Source: an uncultured delta proteobacterium
GTDB lineage: Bacteria > Desulfobacterota > Desulfobacteria > Desulfobacterales > JAFDCJ01
Reading direction: 5' to 3'
Assembly: GCA_963769935.1 (NCBI GenBank)
Contig: CAVYNY010000016.1
Span: 192,001 to 256,000 of the forward strand
Length of the DNA: 64,000 bases
Below are positions 50,817 through 60,855 of this stretch, piece after piece. Under the pieces are notes generated by a model, which made no database searches, was not told where the DNA came from, and worked only from the letters and a program-made list of their open reading frames with translations. Position 1 is the stretch's first letter. Every line of letters starts with the position of its first letter. Made by a program: the position numbers and the translations under genes.

Positions 50817-52508
50817 ATGTCCGACCCTTATGCACTAAAGCCCTGGCTGAAGCACTACGATGATCACGTCCCCGAAAGTCTGATTTACCCCTCAAAGACC
50901 TACATCGAAGTGGTCCGCGAGACAACCTCTCTCATCCCCACCAGAGCGGCGGTCTACTATATGGGACGAGCCATCACTTTCCATGAACTGGATATTTTTT
51001 CCAATCGGTTGGCTCACTTTCTCATAAACAGCGGACTGAAGCCCGGGGACACGGTCGGGGTCAATCTGCCCAATATTCCGGCTTATTACATCTCCATTCT
51101 TGCCATCCAGAAGGCCGGATGCGTGCTGACCGGTGTCAGCCCCCTTCTGCAACCCCAGGAACTCGAATACCAGCTCAATGATTCAGGCGCCAAACTGCTG
51201 GTGACCCTTGATGCATTATTCGACAAGGTGGCCGCAGTAGTCGACCGAACCGGGGTAAAGACCCTGGCGGTGGCATCGATTGCCGATTTTCTCTCTCCGC
51301 TCAAACGAGGTCTGGGCAAACTGCTGAAAAAGATCCCCGGCGGCAAAATCAAACCCGTGAGCGGAATTAATTGTGCGCGGTTTTCCGATGTTTTGCGCCA
51401 GATGTCTTCCGACAGGGTCGAGGAAAAATTGGACCCGGCCGCCGCCTGTTTAATGCAGTATACCGGCGGCACCACCGGACCACCCAAAGGAGCGGTGTTA
51501 ACCCACCAAAATATTGTATCCCAGCTTTATCAGGTGAGCACCTGGTTGGACCTCCAGGCCGGCGCAGCATCCACCCTGATCTCGGCCTTTCCTCTATTTC
51601 ACCAGGCCGGTCTTTTTCTGGGCATGACCGCGTTTGCCATCGGCGCCGGCCAGGTAGCGGTTCCCAACCCCCGGGATCTGGATTTCCTGATTGCAGCGCT
51701 GAAAACCTACCAACCGAGCGGTGTTGTCAATGTGCCTACCATCTACCTGCAGCTGTTGAAAAAACCTAAGTTCTGCGCCCTTGATTTTTCGGGTGTTGCG
51801 TGGTTTGTCAGCGGGGCGGCCCCCTTTCCGCCGGAATACATCAAGGAGTTTGAAGAAGTCGTGGGAAAAAACAAGCTGGTAGAGGTGCTGGGCATGACCG
51901 AAACCAGTCCCGTGCACATGAGCCTGCCCCGCTACGGCCAAAAGAAACCGGGGTCCGTCGGCCTGCCTTTCCCGGATACGGAGGTCAGGCTGATCGATCC
52001 GGAAACCGGAGTAGTTGTGCCTGTGGGCGAACCCGGCGAACTGATCGTCAAAGGCCCCCAGGTGTTTACCGCCGGCTACCACAATAAACCCGAAGAGACG
52101 GCCAACACCTTAAAGGATGGCTGGATCTACACCGGCGATATTTGCCGCATGGACGAAGACGGTTATTTTTATGTAGTGGACCGGGTAAAGGATATGGTGA
52201 TTGTCTCGGGCTACAAGGTTTTCACCCGCACCGTAGATGATGCTTTGATGGAACACCCTGACGTTGATGTCGCGGCCACCATTGGATTGCCGGACCCGCA
52301 CCGGCCCGGGTCGGAAATCGTCGCCACGGCCATCGTACTGAAGCCCGGGGTCGAAAAGAGCGATGCGATGAAAGAAGAAATAATCCGCTATATGCGGAAA
52401 AAAACCGCTCCTTACAAGGTTCCCAAAAGAATCGAGTTCATGGATGAACTGCCGCTGAGTTCTGTGGGCAAGGTGTTGAAAAGAGAATTGCGCGAGATAA
52501 TGAGCTGA
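50817..52508 (+). CDS. Long-chain fatty-acid--CoA ligase (AMP-binding enzyme)
   Basis: YTGGTTGPPKG, GMTETSP, TGD, DRVKDM and YKVPK...VGKVLK. Confidence 0.95.
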   Translation: MSDPYALKPWLKHYDDHVPESLIYPSKTYIEVVRETTSLIPTRAAVYYMGRAITFHELDIFSNRLAHFLINSGLKPGDTVGVNLPNIPAYYISILAIQKAGCVLTGVSPLLQPQELEYQLNDSGAKLLVTLDALFDKVAAVVDRTGVKTLAVASIADFLSPLKRGLGKLLKKIPGGKIKPVSGINCARFSDVLRQMSSDRVEEKLDPAAACLMQYTGGTTGPPKGAVLTHQNIVSQLYQVSTWLDLQAGAASTLISAFPLFHQAGLFLGMTAFAIGAGQVAVPNPRDLDFLIAALKTYQPSGVVNVPTIYLQLLKKPKFCALDFSGVAWFVSGAAPFPPEYIKEFEEVVGKNKLVEVLGMTETSPVHMSLPRYGQKKPGSVGLPFPDTEVRLIDPETGVVVPVGEPGELIVKGPQVFTAGYHNKPEETANTLKDGWIYTGDICRMDEDGYFYVVDRVKDMVIVSGYKVFTRTVDDALMEHPDVDVAATIGLPDPHRPGSEIVATAIVLKPGVEKSDAMKEEIIRYMRKKTAPYKVPKRIEFMDELPLSSVGKVLKRELREIMS

Positions 52509-52545
52509 CTCGCAGGATATGATCTATTCTTTTAATTTTCTTATT

Positions 52546-52698
52546 TGGACACGGATTTGCACGGATCGACACAGATAAATTTATAAACATGTGAATGAAG
52601 GGAATTTGAATTTATAAATCAGCATTTCGCTTTGCTTTTCTCATCGGTTTCTTAATTTATTTTTTATTATCCGTCTAATCCGCGTTTATCCGTGTCCA
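52546..52698. repeat. Inverted array element TGGACACGGAT...ATCCGTGTCCA
   Basis: 11-bp terminal inverted repeat with three CACGGAT-like units per arm. A lone arm occurs at about 3911-3942. Confidence 0.78.
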
Positions 52699-52745
52699 TT
52701 AGAAAAAAACAAGAACTATTTAACCTTTTACCTTGGGCTTTCCTT

Positions 52746-54587
52746 ATGAATACAGCTGAGCTCTTCGATCCGGAGCGGCGCAGCAGAGCGCCGCTTGTTT
52801 TTGTTGTCTGCCTCGCCGTGCTGATCGCTTCTGTTCTCCTGGCCTCTTTGATCCAAAAGAGCTTCGGTCGGGTGTCGGTTTCCAATGTAGCTTTTACCAA
52901 TTCCAACGGCCTTGCCATCCGGGCCAAACTTTTAAAGCCCTTGAGCGCTTCAAAAACCAATCCGGTGCCGGGCGTCGTTTATATTCACGGCTATCAGAAC
53001 AACCGCGAAACCAGCGACGCCTATTGCATTGAGCTGGCAAGGCGCGGCATTGTGGTTCTCGAAATTGATGCCCTCGGACGCGGCAACTCCGACGTTCCCG
53101 GCCGGCTGGATGATCCTGACTTCGATCCGACCTATGGCGGCAAAACTTCTTTAAAATACTTGCGGTCTCTGCCTTACGTCGACGGCGAGAGGATCGGCCT
53201 GATGGGCCACAGCCTGGGCGCCGAAATCGTCTATCAAATGGCGCTCCACGATCCATCGATCAAAGCGCTTGTCATTTCCGGCTTTGCCTACCGGGATGAC
53301 GCTTCAACCGGTATGCCCAAAAACATGCTCATGATTTTCGGCAAGTATGATGAATTTCGCAGGCGCATGACCGCCACCCGGGATTTTGAAAAAGAATGGA
53401 TGCAATCGCCCCAAACCCGCAAGGTATTTCCCGCCAAAAATCCGAAAATCGGCGCAACTTACGGAAATTTCGAAAACGGCAGCGCCCGGCGGGTTTACAT
53501 GCCGCCCATCACACACCTGCAGCAATCCCACAGCAAGGCGGCCGTCGCAGAGGCGCTGGAGTGGATCAAGCAGGCGCTCAAACCCGCCCCGGAAAATTGG
53601 ATCCCGGCCAACCGCCAGATCTGGCAAATCAAAGAGTGGTCGACCTTGTTTGCCATGCTTGCCGGCCTTGCAGCCTTGCTGCCGTTGGGACTGATGCTGC
53701 TGAGAGCCTCATTTTTCAATGCGCTGCAGTTTCATAACCACCGAAGCTACGCCTGCACCGGCAGGCCCTACGTTCGGGCGGCCATCCTCAACGGCGTGCT
53801 CATGGGTCTTTATTTTCCCATAATTTTTGTTCTCTTCGGAATTCATGTTTACCTGATTCATATCGACCGTGCGTTTCCCTTGATGATGACCAATGGCATC
53901 GTCTGGTGGTTTCTATGGGTCAACATCATCGGTTTTATATTTTTCAGGAGCTGGTTTAAAAAGCAAAACCGTGCCGACGGTTTGACCCTGTATGAACTGG
54001 GATTATCCTATCAAAAAGACCGTTTTACCGTTGATGCGGTTCAGATCGGCAAAACAGCCCTGCTGGCAGCCATTTTGTTTTTATTTGCTTATTTAATCGA
54101 ACATACGCTGGAGAGCATTTTCCTGGTAGACTATCGCTTCATCTTTCCCTTCGCCAGCGATCTGACGGCTTACCGGGCAAAACTCTGGCTGACCTACTTT
54201 CCATTGCTGGTGGTGGCTTTTCTGCTGATGGGAATTTTTATCCACGGCCGGCTGCGCCGGCCGCCGAAATCAAGCTGGTGGCTGACGTTTATCACCTGGT
54301 CGGCGTTCAACATACTGGTGCTGGTGACACCGCTGGTTGTGCTTCTCTTAATTCAGTATGTTCCGCTGTTTACCATCGGCACTATCCCGCTGGTCGGCCC
54401 CGGCGGCATGTTCATCGCCTTTACTCACAATCTTTTCCATATTATCGGCGTTCTGATCATGATTGTGCCGATATCAACCTGGTTTTATCAGCTGACCGGT
54501 AAAATCTACCTGGGCGCCCTGCTCACCGCCGCCCTGGTTGCCTGGATGTTTGTATCCTCCCAGGTGGTGGCGCCGCTGCCGATTTAG
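52746..54587 (+). CDS. Alpha/beta-hydrolase fused to a multi-pass membrane domain
   Basis: VVYIHG, GHSLG nucleophile motif, THLQ and roughly eight or more C-terminal TM segments. Confidence 0.88.
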   Translation: MNTAELFDPERRSRAPLVFVVCLAVLIASVLLASLIQKSFGRVSVSNVAFTNSNGLAIRAKLLKPLSASKTNPVPGVVYIHGYQNNRETSDAYCIELARRGIVVLEIDALGRGNSDVPGRLDDPDFDPTYGGKTSLKYLRSLPYVDGERIGLMGHSLGAEIVYQMALHDPSIKALVISGFAYRDDASTGMPKNMLMIFGKYDEFRRRMTATRDFEKEWMQSPQTRKVFPAKNPKIGATYGNFENGSARRVYMPPITHLQQSHSKAAVAEALEWIKQALKPAPENWIPANRQIWQIKEWSTLFAMLAGLAALLPLGLMLLRASFFNALQFHNHRSYACTGRPYVRAAILNGVLMGLYFPIIFVLFGIHVYLIHIDRAFPLMMTNGIVWWFLWVNIIGFIFFRSWFKKQNRADGLTLYELGLSYQKDRFTVDAVQIGKTALLAAILFLFAYLIEHTLESIFLVDYRFIFPFASDLTAYRAKLWLTYFPLLVVAFLLMGIFIHGRLRRPPKSSWWLTFITWSAFNILVLVTPLVVLLLIQYVPLFTIGTIPLVGPGGMFIAFTHNLFHIIGVLIMIVPISTWFYQLTGKIYLGALLTAALVAWMFVSSQVVAPLPI

Positions 54588-54744
54588 TAGACAGAGGGCT
54601 GAAGACATCAAGAACGACGGTCAAACGACGGACGATCATAAATTGATTGGAGCAATCAAGCAGGTGTTTCCTTGCGAATGATGACATGGGATGGCAATAG
54701 AAAATACATCAGGCGCCAGGCGGGCGTTTCGGAAATTTAGAATA

Positions 54745-55233
54745 TTACTCCACAGTATCAAGTAGACTATTTTTTCGATGATTGTATTCTTTAATCAATT
54801 TTACAGAAAAGTTTACCACTTTTTCATTGGGGCCGACAAATTTAATGCCGGAATGATACATACCAGCAGCAGATTTTTTACAGTACACTAATTCACCATT
54901 AATTTCGATAAAATTATTTTCCACATCGATAGCCATCAATGAAATCAATCCTGATTCGATCGGATGAGGCGTTTCGAGTAATATTCCGCCAATGCTGATA
55001 TCTATGGCTTTGCTCAAACCTTGAGAGATCAACTTCCCCTTTTCATCAACGGAGACATGGGAAATCAGATTGCTTGTTTTAACCCTTGGAAATTTTCTTC
55101 GATTAACCACATCCAGAGGATAAACCCTGAAAACAAGTCTGCATTTGGAGCACCTTACAATTGATCCGGTGGGCTTTACAAGACTGTCTTTTAAACTAAA
55201 TAACGATTGACATGATTCGCAGAGTATTTTCAT
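54745..55233 (-). CDS. Zinc-ribbon (MJ0042-type) + PilZ domain protein
   Basis: MKILCESCQ...VRCSKC, RKFPR and DISIGG. Confidence 0.88.
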   Translation of the reverse strand: MKILCESCQSLFSLKDSLVKPTGSIVRCSKCRLVFRVYPLDVVNRRKFPRVKTSNLISHVSVDEKGKLISQGLSKAIDISIGGILLETPHPIESGLISLMAIDVENNFIEINGELVYCKKSAAGMYHSGIKFVGPNEKVVNFSVKLIKEYNHRKNSLLDTVE

Positions 55234-55308
55234 TGAATGAGGCCTAAACTGGTATGTAGCTTGTCCTATTTTGCCAAGAAGGTAAAAAGTATTTTCGATC
55301 ATCGTAAT

Positions 55309-55335
55309 ATATCGGCATATCGGTAAATAAGTTTA
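55309..55335 (-). promoter_or_regulatory. Sigma28-type promoter
   Basis: TAAA-N15-GCCGATAT upstream of the zinc-ribbon PilZ gene. Confidence 0.7.
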
Positions 55336-55619
55336 ATGGATAATTTTTGGGAGATCAATTACCAGATTAAGGTTTTACTCTCAAGCGGTGAATTAAAAAA
55401 ACCGGAGGAGATAGAAATAAAAGATTTCAAGGATTTATCAAGAAGCCGTAGAATATGATTACCCTGTCTGATAAGGCGGCTGAAATATAGGGTTGGATAT
55501 TTTTAAAAACCATTTCATATGTTCCTTAAGAATCTGCTTCAATTCCCCTGTAGATATTTTTCGCAATTCAGCTTGAGTCTCATCAGAAGGTTTTTTCCTC
55601 TATTGGCAAGTCGGTTTGA

Positions 55620-56111
55620 TTGTTTTTAGCCGAACAGGAATCGCTCAGTTATCAACGCTACTTGTTAGAGCTGGCTGTCAAGGAATGTGAAGCGCGAGGT
55701 CAGCGACGCGTGGAGCGGTTTTTGCGCGAATCGTCTCTGCCGTTGGAAAAGACGCTGGATGCCTTCGACTTGAAACGTTTACCGGCAAAAGGCATTCACC
55801 AGGTCAACCATCTGCTGGAAGGGTTTTTTCTGGATAAAGCGGAGAATGTCCTGGCTTTTGGCAATCCGGGAACGGGCAAAACGCATTTGCTGCATGCCAT
55901 AGCCCGAGCCTTGATTTATCAGGGGCGAAGGATTTATTTTGCCAAATGCTCCTTGCTGGTTCAAAGGCTGCTGGCCGCCAAAAGGGACTTAAAACTGGCA
56001 CAGGAGTCGAAGAAGCTGAACAAATTTGATGCGATTGTGATTGACGATATCGGCTATGTTCAGCAAGACCGAGAAGAGATGGAATTAAGAAAGGGAAATC
56101 CGCAATTATAA
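55620..56111 (+). pseudogene. istB: IS21-family helper ATPase IstB fragment
   Basis: KTLDAFD, GNPGTGKTHL and IDDIGY. Truncated at both ends; no istA in the window. Confidence 0.85.
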
Positions 56112-56298
56112 TTGTCGTCAGACTTCAAGAATAATTGTCGCTTTACAGATGAACGCTAACCCAGAAAATGGTCTTTCTAAAGTATTCACGAATAAGTGCC
56201 GAATACAATAAAATCGTACTATCAAATCCGACGATAGGTGCCACAGCTATTGTTAAAGAAAAACGGATGGCAAGGCCGATGAAGTTTGCTGGAAACTT

Positions 56299-57261
56299 TC
56301 AGTAATCGTCACCATGCAATGCTGACCATTTCGTCTCAAGGTAGTCCATATCCAATCTCACCTTTTTCAATTGAAACCAATCATCAATTGGAGCCATGGA
56401 TTCAAAACGGTCAACAATATTTGGGATTTGCATTAAATGTTCGATTACCGCAGCTTTCCTGGAAAATTTCTGGTCTCCCGCTATTGAATTGAGCTGGCTA
56501 AGCTTTAAAGTTTTCAGCTTCTCTTCTAATGATATTTCAACCCCCTTGCTGGCCAGCCCCAACTGAGCCGCCTGCTCAAATCGGATTCGGTAACGATCGT
56601 TTTTAGGTACCCATTCTGGTTTCGTTCCATTATGTCGAATGCGCGAATCGAAAAATCTGATAAAATAAATGAAATCATCCTCCAACTGCTTGATAATTAG
56701 ATGCTCAGTTATATGAACAATTCCATACTGGCTTTCAACCAGATCCTTTCTTGAATTAAGTACAAATTCCCTAGCTTTTGTTTTATTCATCTGACTAGGA
56801 GTTATGCTTTGATTTTTCAGGATTGCAGCATTCTTTTTTTCAGGAGGTTCAAACAACCCAATAATATCCGAAGCCATCCCTTTAGTTAAGTTTAAGGTAT
56901 CCAAATTAATCCCCAATTCTTTTAATCGTGAGATTTGACTATAAGTCGCATAATCGAAGTACCACTTAGATACAGTTTTTAATGTGCCCGAATTATACTC
57001 TTCCTTTATTCTTTCCCAACGTTTTTGAAGCAAGTCTATGTTACCATCGATTATCTTCTGACTTTCTGAATTCCTAACGCTCTTAATTTCACCTACTTTG
57101 GCCCTCTTTCGAGCACTGCCGTATACAGCGATCAGCATGCCAATAGCAGCTATAGCCATGCTGACCCTTATGCCAGAATTGACTGATATTCCGAAAAAAG
57201 AAACTAAAATTAGGATTAAACAGGAAGATACCACAAAAGCAGTTGCGATTTTTTTCCTCAT
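56299..57261 (-). CDS. Hypothetical protein with two N-terminal TM helices
   Basis: 320-aa AT-rich ORF with a hydrophobic N-terminus and no recognised catalytic motif. Confidence 0.75.
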   Translation of the reverse strand: MRKKIATAFVVSSCLILILVSFFGISVNSGIRVSMAIAAIGMLIAVYGSARKRAKVGEIKSVRNSESQKIIDGNIDLLQKRWERIKEEYNSGTLKTVSKWYFDYATYSQISRLKELGINLDTLNLTKGMASDIIGLFEPPEKKNAAILKNQSITPSQMNKTKAREFVLNSRKDLVESQYGIVHITEHLIIKQLEDDFIYFIRFFDSRIRHNGTKPEWVPKNDRYRIRFEQAAQLGLASKGVEISLEEKLKTLKLSQLNSIAGDQKFSRKAAVIEHLMQIPNIVDRFESMAPIDDWFQLKKVRLDMDYLETKWSALHGDDY

Positions 57262-57431
57262 TATTTGTTCCTGCTTTTCTATATTAGCGGGAAGCTCCAG
57301 CGAAAACCGACTAAATTGAAAGGATGATTTAAAAGATTTTCCTTATTCTTAATTTTATCAACTCATACAAATTCTATTTCCTTATGCGTGGATAAAACAT
57401 AGGCCGGCAAACCGCGATTTCAAGCGTACCG

Positions 57432-57447
57432 CGCAGGTTTTGTGCCA
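57432..57447 (-). promoter_or_regulatory. Possible sigma54 promoter
   Basis: TGGCAC-N5-CTGCG upstream of the gene at 57261. Confidence 0.45.
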
Positions 57448-57712
57448 AATCCAATTGTAAAATTATTATATTATTTCAGCTCGATAAAGCAATTGGTTAT
57501 ATACAGATTTTCTGTAATATAAAAAAATGGCACTTTCGCGAAAATAAGTGTCATTATTTTGACCCGCCATAGCTTTCTTCGTGCTCAGTCGACGATGTTA
57601 TCAGAGTTACCAGCCCTCCATTTCAGCCGCTTGGAGAATGCTCGGAAAACTTCAAAAATGTGCGATAAATGCAGATTGGGCAAGCAACGACCTTGATCTT
57701 CGAATCACTCAG

Positions 57713-58354
57713 TTATTGGCAATCTCTGATTTCTGGCAGCGATTTTTCATAGCTCAAATCTTTCCTTATCGAGGCCACTGTTGTTATGATGATTTTTTTT
57801 AAGGTAGCAAGGACGTTTATTCCCAACCAAGCACTTGCTTCAAAAGACGGCGCTTTGGGTTCACGATTGAGATCTTTCTCAAGCGTTTCAATTGGCAACA
57901 ATGGAATACCCTTTTCGAAAAGGTCCATCTTGTTATATTGGATTACACATGGAATCTGTTCGATTCTCTTTTTATAGTGGGCTAAGTCTTCTCTCAGATT
58001 ATGCAAGGAAAGAATATTATCATTTCGGCGCACAGCCATGGCGTCTGCCACAAACACAATGCCGTCTACGCCCCTCATCAACACTCGTCGAGTGGCATTA
58101 TATTTTAATTGGCCCGGCACAGTATAAAGCTGAACTTTCAAATTATAGCCGTTAATTACGCCGATATCAAAAGGCAGAAAATCGAAAAAAAGGGTATGCC
58201 CCTCCCCGGTGTTAATGGTCACAATCTCGGAATTTATATGCTTTGCAGACTTTTTATATATGTATTCAAGATTGGTGGTCTTGCCGCCTCTGCCGGGGCC
58301 GTAATAGACAATTTTGGCTTGAATTTCATTTTTTTTGAGATTTACTAACGCCAT
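57713..58354 (-). CDS. mglA: MglA-family small GTPase
   Basis: KIVYYGPGRGGKTTNL, TLFFDFLP, LYTVPGQ and NKMD. Confidence 0.88.
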   Translation of the reverse strand: MALVNLKKNEIQAKIVYYGPGRGGKTTNLEYIYKKSAKHINSEIVTINTGEGHTLFFDFLPFDIGVINGYNLKVQLYTVPGQLKYNATRRVLMRGVDGIVFVADAMAVRRNDNILSLHNLREDLAHYKKRIEQIPCVIQYNKMDLFEKGIPLLPIETLEKDLNREPKAPSFEASAWLGINVLATLKKIIITTVASIRKDLSYEKSLPEIRDCQ

Positions 58355-58848
58355 AATTTTTAAAAATGATCAATAAAGATAGACTTATGCCTTGCTTATG
58401 GTTTTATAAATTTTTGTCAGGAGGAAGATTCCCAGGAAATTCTGCAAAAATCGTGCAAGCTGAAGGAAATTACAGATGTTATATATTTTAAACTTTTTAT
58501 TTCACTAATAAAAAATAGTATTTCAAAATGCTGTGAAACGTCAATCCGATAATTCTGGAATTTAATTCAGACAACAACATAGACGAAATGCTTCAGGTGA
58601 TTGAACATTTCTTTTCTATTTTTATCCATAATTGCTATTAATTTAGATGAATTGAATAATCAAAATAACCGAATGCCTTTTAAACTTATCGTCCCTTGCC
58701 GATATGCCACAATCTTCACTGAGTTGTTAAAATACCTTGTATCTTCCAATTTAAGATTTTTGATTTAATGACATCAATTTCTTCAGCCATAATTTCCAGT
58801 TTCTATTATGAGACTAAATGTTCGAAAGATGCATTCAGCACCATTATA

Positions 58849-58876
58849 ATATCGGTAAGACTAAACAAAAACTTTA
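58849..58876 (-). promoter_or_regulatory. Sigma28-type promoter (target uncertain, about 500 bp upstream of mglA)
   Basis: TAAA-N16-ACCGATAT. Confidence 0.5.
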
Positions 58877-59175
58877 AGGCACCTTTTTCCTTATTGTTCA
58901 TTAAAGTCCTACCTATTTCATCCCGATAGTAGAAACATACCCGTGAGTTACTTTCAACTATAAAAAAATTTAATGATTTGAAAAAAATTTTATATTTGGC
59001 GCGAACCGCTCTATGCAGGTCCGAAGCCGTTAGGTACCGAATCGGATAGGTGCCGTATTACTGCCGGGTTCAGATTTAAGTATATAAAATTGCATATTAT
59101 TTTGTTCATATCAACGCTATCGGATGCCGATTTGAGATCGGCGGAAAGGTCTGATTTAAGCGTTGGGCAAAGCTA

Positions 59176-59191
59176 TGGCACCAAACTTGCT
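59176..59191 (+). promoter_or_regulatory. Sigma54 promoter of pilin cluster 2
   Basis: Consensus TGGCAC-N5-TTGCT ending 26 nt before the ATG at 59218. Confidence 0.8.
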
Positions 59192-59217
59192 CTGAACCAT
59201 GACAAAGGAAATTAGCC

Positions 59218-59697
59218 ATGCAGAAAAACTCAGGGTTCACAATATTCGAAGTGATGATCGTTTTGGCAATAACGGCCGTGCTGGCTGCCATCGCGGTACC
59301 CAATATGATCTCCTGGCGCGGCGAGGCCAAGCTCAGGGGTGCTGTGGAAAATCTAAAAGGAGACCTGAACATGGCTAAAATGATGGCTGTGCGAGAGAAT
59401 GCCTTTGTCGTCATTAATTTTTCAGCCGACCGATACGATGTATTTGTCGATAACGGAGCGGGCGCTAACGCAGGAAATTGGTCATGGGACGCGGACGAGC
59501 GTCGCATAGCGAACAGAGCGTTGCCGGCAGGCGTAACCATTGACCTTGGCGCCACCGACTTTGACAGCAACCGAACGCGCTTCAACCGAAGAGGCTTGCC
59601 CGAGAACACCGGTAGTGTTGTGATGGAGGCTTCCAACGGTGATCAACAGCAGATTCAACTCAATCGACTGGGCCGTATCGATATCCAACAGCTTTGA
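59218..59697 (+). CDS. FimT/FimU/GspH-like minor pilin
   Basis: SG|FTIFEVMIVL, AKMMAVREN, FNRRG and LNRLGRI. Confidence 0.9.
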   Translation: MQKNSGFTIFEVMIVLAITAVLAAIAVPNMISWRGEAKLRGAVENLKGDLNMAKMMAVRENAFVVINFSADRYDVFVDNGAGANAGNWSWDADERRIANRALPAGVTIDLGATDFDSNRTRFNRRGLPENTGSVVMEASNGDQQQIQLNRLGRIDIQQL

Positions 59698-59718
59698 AAA
59701 CCATTACAGGGTGTTGGC

Positions 59719-60141
59719 ATGCAAAGTAATCAACATAGATGTCGCTTTTTTAACAATGAACAGGGGTTTACCTTGATCGAAGTCCTCATTGCGATGGCAA
59801 TTTTTGCCATCGGCATACTGGCCGTAGCCCAATTGCAATTGTGGAATGTGAAAAACAACACGACCGGCAATATCACGACCATGGCCACCATGCTGGCCCG
59901 AGAGCAGATGGAAGCGCTAAAAAACGCTTCGGACGTAACCACGCTAAATTCGGGCTCCGATCCCAATAACCCCATTGATGCAGACGGCAATTCCGGGGGC
60001 ATCTTCACGCGGAGCTGGACCGTTAGCAATCCGCTTGGCGGCAATACTTCGCGTCATTTAGCGGTGACGGTGAGCTGGAACCGGCGGGGGCAAAACCGCA
60101 GCGTGGTTCTCACTTCGATTACCAGAGGAAATGGAACATGA
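59719..60141 (+). CDS. pilV: Type IV pilus minor pilin PilV-like
   Basis: QG|FTLIEVLIAMAIFAIGIL, AREQMEAL and VTVSW. Confidence 0.85.
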   Translation: MQSNQHRCRFFNNEQGFTLIEVLIAMAIFAIGILAVAQLQLWNVKNNTTGNITTMATMLAREQMEALKNASDVTTLNSGSDPNNPIDADGNSGGIFTRSWTVSNPLGGNTSRHLAVTVSWNRRGQNRSVVLTSITRGNGT

Positions 60142-60782
60142 CAAATTGCCAATCAATAGTGTCTATACTGAAGGTATCGCAAGGTTCACCAAGCATCAGG
60201 GCCAGGGGATTTACTCTGATCGAATTGCTGGTAGCCCTGGGCGTCGGCGCAATTGTTTTAACTGCGATATTCAGCGTCTATGGGGGGCTTACGCGATCTT
60301 ACACCACCCAAAATGTTGCCGCCGGTATGCAGCAGGTGGTGCGGGCCGGTATTGATTTTATGGTGGAAGATATCATCCGGGCGGGTTTAAATCCCAGAAG
60401 TGCGGCCGGTATGGGCATCGCGGTGGCGACATCCACTTCCATTCGTTTCACCGCCGACCGCAACATGAACGGCACACTTGATTCGGCCAATTCCGAAGAG
60501 ATTTCCTATGCTTACATTCCGGCCAGCCACCGGATTGATCAATGTCTGGATGAAACCATCGGCGCGGCGGACTGCCAGCCCTTCATCGACAATGTCACCG
60601 GTTTGGCATTTACTTATCTGGATGGGGACGGCAACGATTTGGGAGATCCCGTGGCGGTTGCCGATCTTGATGATATTCGAACAATCGCTATCTCCATGAC
60701 CGTTCAGGAACCGGCCGGTCGCCAGGGACTGATTGCCCGGACGTACAGCACCCGCTTCAGGTGCCGCAATCTGGGTATTTGA
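60138..60782 (+). CDS. pilW: Type IV pilus minor pilin PilW-like
   Basis: RG|FTLIELLVAL, DIIRAG and C-terminal RNLG. Confidence 0.85.
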   Translation: MTNCQSIVSILKVSQGSPSIRARGFTLIELLVALGVGAIVLTAIFSVYGGLTRSYTTQNVAAGMQQVVRAGIDFMVEDIIRAGLNPRSAAGMGIAVATSTSIRFTADRNMNGTLDSANSEEISYAYIPASHRIDQCLDETIGAADCQPFIDNVTGLAFTYLDGDGNDLGDPVAVADLDDIRTIAISMTVQEPAGRQGLIARTYSTRFRCRNLGI

Positions 60783-60855
60783 TCGCGCGGTATGCTGTAT
60801 CAATGCGGGCCACTGCCGGGAACTTCCCCGGCAGAGTCCGAAAGGAGTCGGAAAA

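Noticed and set aside
58443..58458. Sigma54-like site upstream of mglA (TTGCAC-N5-TTGCA)
   Set aside because: The -24 GG is replaced by TG.
58716..58790. Short minus-strand ORF (MAEEIDVIKSK...) downstream of the sigma28-like site
   Set aside because: It has only 24 codons and no supporting motif, so it cannot be distinguished from chance or a gene remnant.
58995..59175. c-di-GMP riboswitch upstream of pilin cluster 2
   Set aside because: The GEMM-I elements are not present in order, and the region lies upstream of the sigma54 promoter, so it is more likely enhancer DNA.
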